64,000 bases of DNA, taken from contig JAAILG010000090.1 in the NCBI GenBank assembly GCA_012026655.1, forward strand, positions 1-64,000, given 5' to 3'. Below, in pieces: positions 12,886 through 25,994 of this stretch (positions are counted from its first letter, which is position 1; each line of letters opens with the position of its first letter). The notes under the pieces are model-generated. The model saw nothing but the letters and a program-made list of their open reading frames with translations, searched no databases and was not told where the DNA came from. The position numbers and the translations under genes are program-made. The DNA is from Hydrolagus affinis. Taxonomy: Eukaryota.

Positions 12886-14344
12886 TATTCATGTGTCTGA
12901 CCAGTTTGATTGATTCCCCTTTTGTGGGCATGGTTGTTCCATGTTTTGTTCATTGATCATGCAATTTAATGTGATTGATACTTGTGTTGGCTGGAAGTAA
13001 TAGAGAATCAATTGAACATTGAGGCAGAGAAGTAATGCCAGGGAGGAGAGCTCAGAACATTGATGAAAGGTAATTAACGGGTTTTAGAAGGGAAAGGAAA
13101 GTCCACCAGGACCAGATGTAATGCAACTAGACAGAGTAAAAAGGGAAAAGGAGCTTCATCCAAAAAAATTTCCTGTTTATGATACTATCACATTTGGTTC
13201 TATCAATAGACTAGGATACTTAAATTGTAAGTCTGACATGTGCACGTTTACACTTGGAATAAAATTAGACAATCAGCAGAGAGATGTATATTTTACAAAT
13301 TATCTTTATAAGATACATCTGGCTTATAAGATCAAAAGCATTGTGCCTTGCATACATGAATAGAAAGACTGATATTCATATTCCTTGCCTAGAAATATAA
13401 AGCCACAACCTTCAATAATAGGCTGGTTGGCTATCGGGAGAAAATTACATGGAGAGAATTAATTAGAACATGGTGTGAAAAAATCTTTCTCCAAAATAAA
13501 TGGAGTCACCCAAAATCAATTTGGTGTATTTTTGCATGTATTATGAGTGAAGAGGCATATTCAAGAACATTTATTTGTTGATCTTGCTAGTAGCCATTTC
13601 GACCTTTTCTCAGCTGAGTAGCATGCTGTTTTTCGATTCAATATAACTTTAACACAAATACTTTCCCACTTTTTTATGCTTAATTGACATTTGTTTTATT
13701 CAGTATAAATAGTACCGTATTTATACTCAGAAAAGAATCTGTTGTGCAGGGATATAAATGAGTATTTCTGGTTTTGCAGGTTTCATGTATATTATGCAGG
13801 GCAGTTCTTGCACTGCAATCATGAAGGTAACAACATTTCTGCTGTTAAGTGTAGGAAGCAATTATAATGACCTAACTAGTTAAGAATTCTGAGTGCAGAT
13901 ACTGGAGTAGCCACAGTCCTTTGTGCTGCAGCACATGTAGCTAAATGATGAAAGTAGTTTTCTAACAACTGGTTGTGTGTCCAGTTAGCAGACTCTGATC
14001 AATCAACATGATGCCACTAAGTAATCTATCACCTATTGTATGTTTTTGTGCACAAACCAGAACCATTTGCTTATTGAACTTTGCTTTTAGCTTATTTGAA
14101 TAATCCAAATTTACTTTTCAGAACATTTGTATGTTACTCTACTTTTCTGCTAGTGCTAATTGTTTTTAAAGTAAACTTCCTTATCTTATCAAACTTATCC
14201 CTCCCCACTCCCTGACAGCTTGTTCTCTCTCTAGGGAGGGGAATAGGCTTTTCATGACAATACAAGTTAAGATTCAGCACAAACACAAATAGGGGACTTT
14301 GAATCTGCCACCTATCATTGCTCCCTCAACATATAAATAGAAAT

Positions 14345-14510
14345 GCTTGTGTTTGATATAGTACTTTATCACGTCAAAATGTCTGAAAGTGTTTCACAGA
14401 ATGAATTACTTTGAAGTATACCGACTGTTATGTTGTCAAAAACGGCAGCTAATCTGTGCCATCAAAATCCCACAAATAGCAATGAGATGAATGACCAATT
14501 CATCCATTTG
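14345..14510 (-). mobile_element. Deu-domain SINE 3' part with L2-type tail
   Basis: cttgtgtttgatatagtactt..aaagtgtttcacaga..ggcagctaatctgtgc..cccacaaatagcaatgagatgaatgacc. Confidence 0.8.
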
Positions 14511-14754
14511 ATGCATTTGAGTTGTGTTGGTGCACAAATTGCCAGTTCAATTGCCACTGTACAGCAAATGTAAAAAAAAGTGAATTTGCATTAACAGTAC
14601 TTTGTTACATAGATGGTGCTAAATGTTTGAGATATTAAGATAATTGTATTTGTTTGGATGTAGTTTTTCTAGATAACTTGTCTAATGAATAATTATGACA
14701 GTCTCTTGGCATACTTCACCAGTGGAATTTTATGGGAATTATTTGCATTCCTGT

Positions 14755-15090
14755 CTTTTTTTTGCCAGTTTCTTTCTCCACTTCTCTTGAAGTCAGTGAT
14801 TCACGTGAGATAGTGCTCCATAATAGTTGCCCTCGGTACCCAAGTGGCTACTACTTTTCTGAAAACATCAGTTAATTATGGGGGCTGTTACAACCAATCC
14901 TGAAGTCCACACTTAAGCAAGCACTTTCTAGGAGGAATCACTAAATAAAAATTAGGAGCCTTAACTATGGGTGCCTTTGTTTCCCCATCCTGATCCAGCG
15001 GATGCTGGGATGAATTTTGCAGCGACACTTGTTGCTGTCATCTTAAGTAGCACAGACCAAGAATTGAATATGTGGCTTTCTGGTCTGTTG
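14755..15090 (-). repeat. Old SINE-like repeat (family of 8760 and 58075)
   Basis: gtacccaagtggcta core identical to 58134-58148; shared downstream layout. Confidence 0.55.
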
Positions 15091-15156
15091 GACAACTCTG
15101 TTATATAGAAGGCCATTATATAGAAGGACATTGTATGTAGAAAGCCCTGTTTGCAA

Positions 15157-15158
<2 letters not shown>

Positions 15159-15187
<29 letters not shown>

Positions 15188-15360
15188 GCCTTGGATTTTA
15201 ATATGGTGCTTTTCACGTCTTCTAGGCGTCTCAAAGCTCTTCACGGAATATACTGTAAAGTAAATTGACTGTATATTTGTGGGCAAAACTCAACAGCTAT
15301 TTGCGCACGTCATTGTCCCACAAACAGTCGCAGATTGAAATGACCAAATTATTATTGTTT
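15159..15360 (-). mobile_element. Deu-domain SINE 3' part with (AAT)n tail
   Basis: (AAT)9-10 then ccttggatttt..gcttttcacgtcttctaggcgtctcaaagctcttcac..ttgcgcac..tgtcccacaaaca; reverse complement of 60515-61010. Confidence 0.88.
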
Positions 15361-15404
15361 TCTAGCAATTCTAGCTATAATACAAATTGCAGCTTTATGT
15401 GTGT

Positions 15405-15545
15405 GAACAACAACAAAAATACAATTGTATAGCACCTTTCAGGTCAGAAGGACATCCCAGGACGCTGGACAATCAGTGTTTCAGACTAGAGCTGAGGACG
15501 GGGAGGGTGGAAGGAAAAGTGGTGATTTGGGGTGACCAATGGAAA
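15405..15545 (-). mobile_element. L2 3' tail fragment
   Basis: aacaacaac..ttgtatagcacctttca..ggacatcccaggacgctggaca matches tail of L2 at 46808. Confidence 0.75.
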
Positions 15546-17304
15546 AAGATGAAAAGTGTGAAGAAAAAAGATCACACTTAATTTTTAAAAATTAAGAATC
15601 GGTGTGTGTAATTAACATAGTGACAATTCATACCCTTCACTGTTCAAAATTAAAATTCTTTAAAGCTGATTTGGCATTTCTATTTTTATTGCCCACCAGT
15701 GTATTGCAGGCAGTAGGCTTTTTGTTTGATCTTTTACACCGCAGGGTAATGAACATTTGTCTCAAGTGCACTAAACGCTGAAGAGGATAAAGCCAATTTC
15801 CTGTTATAAATTGCAGAGGTTGTTACTTAAGGAAAATATATTTTTCTCTGTACAATTTGTGTAGAATGCAGCTTATAGTTATAGCAGGTCAGTGTTATTG
15901 GTCATTCTTTATTGCTCTGTTTGTCCACACGTTTAGGATCATATAAGTTTAGGTTATTAATTCATGAATGTTACTGCTGAAAAAATGTCAAGATAGTGCC
16001 ATTGGTGCAAGCTTTTGGCATTGATCAGATGTGCAACTGGGATCTGAGCCTCACGTACAGGAAGCTGCCAAGTAGTTGTGAGGACAAAGACAGAGCAGTA
16101 ATCAATGAAGTGGCTATTAAACCATTTGTGAAGTTCTCCAAAGCAATGTTGAAAAGCAATTAAAGTGGAGGGGGAGGGGTGGGGGAGGAAGGAAACTATT
16201 TATAATTAAAGAAACATTGACAAGCAATTAAGGTTTTTTGGAAGGTGGTAGGTGGATGAAACTATTTCTGGCTACTATTTTTAGTTAGCGTCATTGCATC
16301 TGGAGTTTAGACTTAGTAAAAGCCACAATACCATTTTTAAATTAAATAGATTTTAGTAAATTCAGCAAAGATTCTGAAAGATAATTCTCTCTTTCTGGAA
16401 TGGCAAAAAAATTTTTAACATCTTGTTACTGTGTCATTGAAAATAAATTCATTCAGCGCTATTAGTGTAGTAACTGGGAATGACCAGAGTGATGGTATTT
16501 GCTCAGCAATGCAGAGTGACCTTATCACATCACCCTTCAGAGTAACAATAAATCATGATTTTTGACATAATTGGCTCAGCAAGCATACATTTCATAGTAG
16601 ATGATATATTTGCAAAATGTTGGTGGAAAGATAGAATAACCTTGAAGAGCAAAGGTAAAAGTATATTGAGGGATTTGTGATTACAGTAGAGCCTATATAT
16701 TCCGAGGACCCCTATTTTAATTATGATCTTTTGAGGCATTTCTCATTTATTGTTGCAATGTGATTAGAACAGATTTTATTAGCTGCTCAATCTCGCCTTC
16801 AAGTCTCTTTTCTTTCATTTGAAACAGTTCTTTGGATTTTTCTGACAACTTTTTAAAAATATTAATATTAGATTAAATCACACTTACAGAATTGGGTAGC
16901 TTAGTGGCTTTACTTCTATCAAACCTTGTTTTTAATTCCCCAACAACAACCAGCCCGTTTCTTGTGAAGAACAAGTACATTCTTAATGAGTAGTATAGAA
17001 TATGGTGTCCCGACATCTAGGCCAGCAATCGTGACCAATTTGTGTGCCACAATGTCATGGGACATTTCATAATGAGATGTGTTGCCCACCACAAATCTTG
17101 CAGTGAGTTCCTTGTACCTACCATCTGCTTTGTGAGGGTTGAAACCCACATTAGTTGGATGTTGAATGACCAATCAACCTGTGGGTGTGGGGGTGAGAGA
17201 GGAAATGAGAGAGGTCTCTAAATGTCACTGGGATAAGGGAGTCATCTCAAAGCCCTATCGGGTATGGTGGTCTTAGCTAGACAAACAACAATATCAATGG
17301 CAAG

Positions 17305-17450
17305 CAATGCAGTTTTAGCTGGTTAGACTCCAGAAGTATCCCATCACACATTCTGGGCTCCAATTAAACTATTAGGTGCAGATTGGGAAACCTTGGCTGT
17401 TGGTTTGGATACTCTTGATAGTGGGTTTCCACATGCGTAAGACCCCAAAA
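17305..17450 (+). repeat. Unclassified repeat, copy 2 of 4 (internally deleted)
   Basis: gcagttttagctggttagactccagaagtatccc..cacattctggg..ggtttggatactctt..tgggtttccacatg. Confidence 0.7.
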
Positions 17451-18571
17451 ATATTTGACAAGGGGCATTTCTCTCACTTTCTCTCTAAACTCTTCTCGAT
17501 AATGACCTAGACACTATTCAGAGAGAGGAAGTAGAAGAACCATAAGGAGATGATGACTGTAGTATGATAATATTCAATTTGATTCATTTTGGTAAATTTC
17601 AGGGATGTGAGGAACAAGTTTAGTAACATGCTCAATGAAGATCATTCAAGAATATTATTACGTACAATACAAGAGTATACAGACAAGTTCACTGTAAGTA
17701 AACATTCCTCACTGACCACAGTACTCTTGAATATATTTTACTCTGTGATAAGTAGCAAAGTATGGATTTAATGTATACATTCATATTATATTTGTATATT
17801 TGGCTATGTAGTGAAGTTGTGTTAACCTCACAATAAATTTACATTTTATGGCTGAAATAAAAGTTAGAATTTAAAATTAAGAAGGGAATGAGTTACATAG
17901 TCAATAGTCCAGAGGTAATAGTTCCTTCTTTGGTGAGCTAAATTTAGGCCCCACTCAAACAAGGCAGTACCAATACTGTGATGTAAATGTGCTCATTGCA
18001 ACATTTTTACTGCTATTTGGCTCTTATCCCTGTCAATAGCTTGTAGCTGAAAAGCCCTTGGGATCAAACCAAGTTTCCATCAAAATTGTTATTTGATTTG
18101 TTTCTGTCAGCAAGCATCAAAGTTACATTGGACCCTGTCTCTCTTTGCCACCACCCTACTTCCCTAAAATCATAATATAAAAGGATATATGGTTATGTTT
18201 AATTGTCACTACCAATATAAATATAATGCAACTGAAGGAGATGGGTCCTTAATTTTATATTTAAGCTTGATTATCTTTCAGTTTACAAGAAATTTTAAAA
18301 AGTCGAAAAATTTGAAATTGCAAGCAGTCTGCAACATTTCACTGAGGCCTGATCTGTAAACTCTTAATTCTGGATATCATTAAAAGTTATCCAATGTTTT
18401 GAGTGCTGTAAGGTTAATAGAGGACCAATTTTAAAGTTCTTGAACATAGATGTACAGGAATTTTTCTATAGTTAGGATCCTTTGGAGATCACTGCATTTA
18501 TTCATAAGGATAGTTAATAGTTCTATTTGAAAACAGCTTTTATGTACACAAGTGAAGAAGCACAAATAATG

Positions 18572-18865
18572 CAATAACAACAACAACAACTTGGATTTAT
18601 ATAGTGCCTCCACGCCAGACAGCGTCTCAGAGCGCTTCACAATAACGGATCCCGGGGCTGAGCCAAGGTGAGAGGGAAAAAGGTGACCAAAAGTGCTTTT
18701 TCTTTTTGAAAGGAAAAGACTTTAGGTGCGACCTGAAAATAGGAAAGGAGTGGGCGAGGTAAAGGGAGGGAGCCTCTGGTGTCGTGGCTGAAGTCACGAC
18801 CGCCGACGGTGGAACGGAGGATTCAGGGGACAAGGAGGAGGCCAGACCCATAGAGCGAAGGGAAT
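18572..18865 (-). mobile_element. L2 LINE 3' end
   Basis: (AAC)n tail then cttggatttatatagtgcc..cgtctcagagcgcttcac; minus strand ..SLYLAHSFPIFRSHLKSF like the L2 ORF2 end SLASFKSHLKT. Confidence 0.85.
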
Positions 18866-19459
18866 TCTTTTAAATTTGTTGCAATGAATGCGGAAGTTAA
18901 AATGTGCTCAGTAATAGTATTCATAACCTATTTATACAGCTTTCAATACAAATGATTAGCTGCAAACAACAGATGTATTTCTCAGTCCTATTATCCCTGA
19001 AATAGAATATAAAATATGAATATGAAATCTATATGATTAGATGCTGGCCTTGTACTTCATATTCCTAGTTGTTTCAATCCCTTATGCGTAACTTAAACAT
19101 TCACATTGCTACTGCTCCATGAGGGTGAGATGGTATATCAACGTTACCGCAGGCTCTCCCTTTTATCCATTTATGACTGGGTCAGTAGAAAAGTGCGGAC
19201 TCACTTTTTCCACGGAATTTGCTACAAAGCGGTGCCTGCTACAAATGTGTTATAAGCACTTCCCTCTGCTATACACCTGTACACACAGTGTGCTAGGTCC
19301 CGGGCCTCCGCACTTTTTTCACTAGTAGGAAGGAAAATATGAATATTTCTCTTCTCACTTGTGGATTTTAGTGTATGCTTGATTTGGTGTGCTTTCAGTG
19401 TGGTTTCTTGTTATTTGCATTTATTTGCTTTCTGTGATTTATTTAGCTATCTTTTAAGT

Positions 19460-19575
19460 GCAGTAACACTCTTGCCCCTCAGTCAGAAGATTGCGAGTTC
19501 AAGCACCATGTTGGGATTTAAGCTCCGAATCTAGGTGATTTGATACACCAATACCGTGTTGAGGGAGTTGTGATG
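19460..19575 (+). mobile_element. tRNA-derived SINE head (Deu-SINE type)
   Basis: actcttgcccctcagtcagaagattgcgagttcaagc contains B-box-like GTTCAAG; reverse of head at 54250-54315. Confidence 0.6.
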
Positions 19576-21159
19576 AGGCGCTGAATCATATACAAGGATT
19601 AGTATTATTCAAATCTTTATTTAAATTTAATAATTTTTCACTGGGGAGGAAATAAATGCAGTGCTTAATGTTAGTCCAGGCATATGTTCATTAATGTAGG
19701 TGAAACTACTCAGTGAGACATATAAAGCAGATTTGCATAAGCTAAACTGCAAAAAAGTATTTTTAGCGACTTAATAACATGTACAACAACCAAAGGAGAG
19801 CAGTAGCGACAATACTTCTTATTTCTTCTATTCCTGAGTACATGTTCACTTGATTGCACATCAACTCTATTTTGTTCATATTTTATTTTCCAAATGAGGT
19901 TGTTGGGTATCATTTAATACAACACAAAAATGTAATTCCATCAGTTATATATCTTTACTAGGTATCCTTTTTAGAGTTAATTAGAAAATGTTTGAGATTT
20001 ATTTTATATCAGATTGATTTCTTAAAGGGTCTATGTTAGGTTATGGTGACCTTGGAAAGAGTAATGACAGATCAGTGGAACGGACCATTAATGATTCATT
20101 TAGAATCTTAAGTTTTTCACCTTTTATTTCCAGTTTATCATTGTATTTCTTAGAATCTTATTTTCCTGCATGCTATGCCTCATGTTATTGTGCACAGCGC
20201 AGGAGAGTCTGTAAAGCGGATGAATTGCTTTCTGTCGGAGTATTGTAAGTGTACAGTTCTGTTCAGTTGACAGTAGACACTACAATAATTTTACATTCAA
20301 ACCAAAAATTTGACACCAAAGAAAAGCGAATTGAGTGTTATCTTCCTTTAATGTACTTTTGAAAACAAGAGTGAAAGCCTTAGGGGAATACTTTCAGCCT
20401 ATTAATCTTTCCCTTCAGTTCAGGAAGATATTCCATTTCAATGCCTCTTCTGCTAATATTTTGTGGCTTTCATGCAATCAAGCCTATCTAAAGCACCGAT
20501 TGGCAGGTAGGTTAAGGGAGCTGCACTGGATACCATCAGCTCACACCTGGAACTACATCATTGAAGTGGCTCTTGTCATGATCAAGACCCTAAGTGACAA
20601 GAGCTTTAGAGATGGTCGATATTCAGGGGTTATTCCAAATATAACTTATTTTCCCAGATAAATTCAGAATTTTAAATTCTTAATTTTTTTTGAAAAAAAT
20701 TGTGTGACCAACATACAGTTTTCCTTTAAAGAAAATTGTGGGTCTCATTACATTTGTCTTATATACCTCTTTCAGCTGCACTGGATAACCATTGATAACC
20801 AGAAAAGAAAATAAATGGCTAAGTTCTTGATGGGTACATTTGCAGTATTACCTTTTCTCTCCCATGGCAAAGGGTTTCAAATGTATTCAGTTTAAAAAAA
20901 TGAAAACAGCAACAAACTGGAAACTAAAATCCTATGAAAGGATTCCACTGGGCACGGAAATTGAGTTTGGGCAAATTTTCTTTGTTGATCTCAAGTACTA
21001 AGGAAACAATGTAAACATCTGGAGTGGCCTCTTGAAATCGGAGGACTTGAGAAAAGATATTGGTGGTGTGGACATTATACTATATGAAACATGTTCCTGC
21101 ATAAAACTGACAGTTTTTTTGGGGGGTGGGGTTACCCTTTGGGTGCAGATTGACTTCCT

Positions 21160-21300
21160 CCAGGGAGAATGTGCATATTGAATTTCAGACTGAGGGAAAT
21201 TTATGTGTGTAGTTAGCATGCATAAGTAGAACTCTTTCTGGTCTGGATGCTCTTAAGCATGGTTATGGGTTTCCACATGTATCAGAATCCATCTGACCCC
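21160..21300 (+). repeat. Unclassified repeat, copy 3 of 4
   Basis: gaatgtgcat..tctggtctggatgctcttaagcatggttatgggtttccacatg matches 61225-61335. Confidence 0.7.
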
Positions 21301-23424
21301 TGAAAAGTATAAAACATACTTTTGGATAGCTTTGGGTACGGTTTGTTTTGCATCTTTAAGAATGTTTTAAAAAAATAATGCTAGTTGTTCCAGGATGCAG
21401 GTGGGTGGTGGCTTTTACCAGGTGGGGAAAGTTATTGAGTTGGGTCTGTCCAATAGCCCAGCTCTGAATTCGCTGGACATTATGAGGTAGTTCAAGGCTG
21501 AATCTTGTCAACCCTCCTTGGAAACGTCTGGTTAGTCACAATTGAAAATTCAGTGTACATTTCTTGATTAGTATGGAATTAAGCACAGTTTATCTGAAAC
21601 AACAAGAAAGGAAACATATGAAAGTAAACAAAGAATGGTTCAGTAGATTAAAAAAGCGGCTACAACAACAAATTACATTTGTATAGCGCCGACATCCCAA
21701 GGTGCTTTTAACAATAACGCTTGCATTAATATAGCACCTTTTCAAATGGGATAGCATCTAAGAGCATTGGAGGAGGCAATAAACTTAACAAGGAAGCATG
21801 TTTATGTGAATGAATCACGTTGGAGAAATGCCAGACACATTGAATAGGTTAACAGTTCACTAACTATATCTTTTGCATAGACAATGGCTTTTTAATGTGA
21901 TTTGTTATGTGTTTGGAGTACTTAGTAATAAATAATACACAGGAAGGAACAATGACAGCAGCAGACTCGTATTAATTACAGTTGGACAAATGCATTTATT
22001 TTTCAGGATGCCAGAATTAGAAAGTAACTTGTTTTTGCTAAGTGAGCTGCCAGCCCTAAGTCCAACAGAACTGTCTTTGTCAGGGCAATTGGTATGCGTG
22101 ATTTTATCAAAAGAACAAGGGAAGACAATAGAGAGATAAAATTGGAAAGAGAAAGAGTTGAGGAAAAAAATATTAATATGAACGAAATTGCATAACTGAA
22201 TCCCTTTCATCTTGATCATTACAGGATTTGGAGAAAAGGGAGAATGAAGTGTAATTGTTCTGCAAAACCCTCTGATTGTAAATAGTTACATTAAAGTATT
22301 CAAATATGTGACAACAACTTTAGCTGTGTGGTGTAATCTCCATTTAAATTGCAATATTAGGATTTTAGATTAATTATATAACTCACAATCTGAGGTATTT
22401 CCTGCATCAACAGAATTAGTTAGAATTAAGAATGTTTGTTCTACTGTAATTTAAGGATATGATAAAGGGCATCTCCTTTCTCTAACTTCTTTTACCATTT
22501 CTGGATGGCATAATTCGAAAGTACACATAAGAAATGAGTACTGTATTTTTTTTTCTTTAACTCCATTTTGTCTATTCGATTCAATCCTGGGAGTAAAAAC
22601 AGTCCAGGGATTAAAAAAAAACAAGTAAGTGTGTGTGTGCGTGTTGTGACAGTAATATGATAAATAATCTGACTGAGAGGGTCAGATGCCTAAGACCTTG
22701 AACAGGAATTTTGAACATTTCATCAATATCAATTCAATCTCCAGATTCGTTATTCTCTTGGATCATGCTAAAACATGTGTTGCTTTGTAGTATTCACAAA
22801 TCTAATGATTTCTTCAGCTGTTTTTCCTGGCAGAAGTGTCCTGGCAGAGTGGAATAGATCACAGGCTCCTTGTTACCAAATTATGATTTGACAGGCAGCA
22901 ATACTGTACTATGTGATTTAACCAGCAATAATCTTAGGACAATTCCACTGAATAATAAATGAGAATATGATGGCTTCTATATATTAATATAATTACATGC
23001 TGTATGTAAAATTATGTTTGGCTTTTTAATGATGGAGCAAAACTGCATGAGGATTGTTCTTTAGTACAGATCAGTTATGCACAGAATGCTGACTCTTGGT
23101 GCATTTTTACAATGCTGGAACTATGAACCATAAATAATTTTCAAACATCACTGCTAAAATAAATGTGCAGGTACTTATTGAGCTATTTGTGGGATTAGAA
23201 CAGCTTTCACATTTTCCACAATATTGACTGATTTATATTGACTAAGATGCAGGTTATTGAACGTCCCCTCGAGCAAAATCATTAACTGATATTGCTGTCT
23301 TAGTTTGAATGAAAATTCAGCCACGTTCAATAGCCTCACTGTAAAATTAGAATCTATAACAATCATAAACAGTGAAAACTGTATGGATCTGTTGATGAAA
23401 TTGATGAATTCACTTGCTTTTCCA

Positions 23425-23740
23425 GAGGATTGAGTTCAAGATCCTCAGTTTAAAATCCTTCCCATCCCACCTCTGTGACGTTATCAAACTTACTAACCCA
23501 CCCACTTTCTCTGCTTGGCACTGGCCTGCTTCGTGTCCCAATCCTGCTTGCCCCACCATCAGCGGTAGAGCCTTCAACCTTTCTGCATCTTGAACCGCAT
23601 TCCTGGAGTCCCTTCTCCTCGCCCCATCCCTATCTTCTTCAAAGTCTATCCCAAGATCTTCCATTTTAACCGTCGATTCAATCATCTTTACTCCCCTGCC
23701 ACCCAAGCCTCTCGAGTCCAATACCTAGGTTGAGTCCAAA
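23425..23740 (+). mobile_element. L2 LINE ORF2 3' fragment
   Basis: ttcaagatcctc (FKIL), ccccaccatcagcggtagagccttc (PTISGRAF) and cttcttcaaagtctatcccaagatc, homologous to L2 at 46962-47465. Confidence 0.75.
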
Positions 23741-24098
23741 CCCAATACTGTCCAGCTACTTGGGCATCTTAATAACAAATTGCTTTTACACAGCATCTTT
23801 CACATTGGGGTTTTCAAAATAAATATCTTGACTATTTTGTTCCGAGGAGCTAACAAAAGCACACACTTGGCCACCTCGAGCATTTTGTGTAATTATGTCT
23901 AGTGACCATTTAAGATTAATACTGGAGGCGAGGTGGATCAGTTTCAGCTTTTATGGTAGACTGATTTAATTGTGGTAGTCTGCTTAACTATGTTCTACAG
24001 CACAACCACACTCTAAAATACTGTGCCAAAAAGAACAGTTGAAGCGTTCCACCAGATACTCCAGAGCTGGAGTCTCAAACCCTGTGAGAAACAATATA

Positions 24099-24425
24099 CA
24101 GTAAAAGCTTTGTTATCCGGCACCCTCGGGACCTGACCAGTGCCGGTTAATCAAATATGCCGGATATTCGAACGGCAAGTTGCTGAAAATCCTACACAAA
24201 TAATTAACTTATTTTAAAACATACCATATGAATAATAAACTAAATAATAACAGAATATTGTATGGATACTTATCAATAAAGCATACATCAATAGTACAGT
24301 CAACCCATGCCGAATGCGCACTCGTAAATTCGCGTTCGCATATACTCAAATTTTACTTGTATTGGGAGATACAGGTTGGTTGAGCGTGCCAGTTGGTTGG
24401 TTGCTGGATAACCAAGCTTTTATTG
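24099..24425. mobile_element. Tigger/pogo-type MITE
   Basis: TA flanks; CAGTAAAAGCTTtGTTATCCgGC and GCtGGATAACcAAGCTTTTAtTG inverted ends; first ~70 bp match reverse complement of the right end of 9026-9233. Confidence 0.88.
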
Positions 24426-24912
24426 TAATAGGCTGGAAAGGAAACTTCTTGTAGCTATTTGTTGCTTATCATTTGCAACATTTTTACTGATAATTTTTCA
24501 CGGATACTTAGCACTGTTACTTTGTGATAAGAAGAGCAATGTATCCAATTTACCAATATTTTATTCAGCATTTAGATTTGGCATTGATTTTGCAGAAATG
24601 TTTTTTCTCTCTATTTTTGAATCCCAATGTGGAAGCTGCTTCTAAAACGTAGATCTTAAATTAGCTTGCTCTTTTCTCACAAAGCCATAGCATCAGTGAC
24701 AGTTCCATTGGAGCAACATGTGGATATTCTGTGGACTATGTTTGGATCGTGTGACTCGAATGGTGGTGAAACAGGCTTCGGCTGATGTTTTTCGAGAATA
24801 AGCATTTTCTAGGATGCAGAACCATTTTCTGAAGTTTATTAGAATCTTACACTTGTAGCATAGCAAAAAAAAAAGGAAGCCATTGACTTTCATGTTTTTC
24901 CCCCACTTCTAG

Positions 24913-25021
24913 CCCCGTGCAAATCCCTTCCCAATCTGCAGCTTCTGTTTGGGGACAAAGGAACACAATCGAGAGAAAAAGCCAGAGGATCTCATCTCCT
25001 GTGCAGACTGTGGTAGCAGTG
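24913..25021 (+). CDS. KAT6B: KAT6B coding exon (human exon 4 equivalent), start of PHD finger 1
   Basis: cttctAG acceptor, GTgagt donor, 109 bp, phase 0-1; [36 protein letters not shown](G) matches KAT6A/B PHD1; size matches recalled human exon. Confidence 0.97.
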
Positions 25022-25820
25022 GTGAGTTGAATTATTTATAAATCAGTAGAAATTGTAATTTTTTTTAATCATAAGTCACATTATGATGCTCAGTGGGCAT
25101 TGTACTTTGACCTCGGATTATTTTCTGCAATGTAAAGTGGAACGATTTTGTCACAACTGCAGCTTACACTTTCATATATAATTAAACAATGTAGTTCCAT
25201 GTGAAATAAAATCATCTTATAATTAATTGCATGTTTTTAAACCCTTAAAACCCTTAATTGACTGGAAATCTGGTTAGTTTGGGAGATACACAAAAAGAGG
25301 AGGCAGATGAATCAATAAAATAGCTTTGTACTGCACAGTTGGCACTAGAATGAATCAAGATTCAACTTGGCAGTGTTAAATTGCCCCACTAAGAAATACT
25401 AGGAAACATTCTGCTATATTGTCCCATCTGGCTTTGATGTTGCTGCTGGTCATGCTTCCATACCTACATGATCACATTTCAAAAGGTCCATGTGTTCTAA
25501 TATTGAATTATTATAATATAGCTGAATCCTTACCTAATTTAGCTTATTACAGTTGTCCCAGATACAATACTTTTACCCTAACAAGAAAATACTTTTAATG
25601 TAAAGAATTGACCCTTCTTCAATATTTAATTGCTGTGGGGTTCATTACATATTTCACAATCACATGTCAAAAAAAGCATTTTCGGTTGAATGATTTTTTT
25701 TACATACTACCACAGCATGGACTCAAATGAGTATTTGTAACCTCAGGAAAGCTGTTTTTAATTTAAGGTATAGATGGGAGGGACTGAAGACTCCTTTGTT
25801 TGCCTTCTTTAGTTTAAGAA

Positions 25821-25871
25821 GTCCAGTCTGCCTCTGTCCAGTCTGCCTCTGAGAAGAGGCAGACTGGACAG
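25821..25871. repeat. Perfect 17-bp inverted repeat with tandem-duplicated arm
   Basis: ctgtccagtctgcctct-GAGA-agaggcagactggacag (25834-25871); gtccagtctgcctct occurs twice at 25821-25850. Confidence 0.95.
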
Positions 25872-25972
25872 TCTCAATCTTAATTTTACTGAATATGAGA
25901 CCAAAGGAATAAGTTCTAAAAGTTTCACTAGTTTAGTACATAGTGACACAAAGTAGTAAAGGTGTGTATGTG

Positions 25973-25994
25973 TATATATATATATATATATATA
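25973..25994. repeat. (TA)11 microsatellite
   Basis: Direct reading. Confidence 0.95.

Noticed and set aside
16166-16192. G-quadruplex candidates (also C-rich 2680-2716 and 47960-47990)
   Set aside because: Simple low-complexity runs with no supporting context
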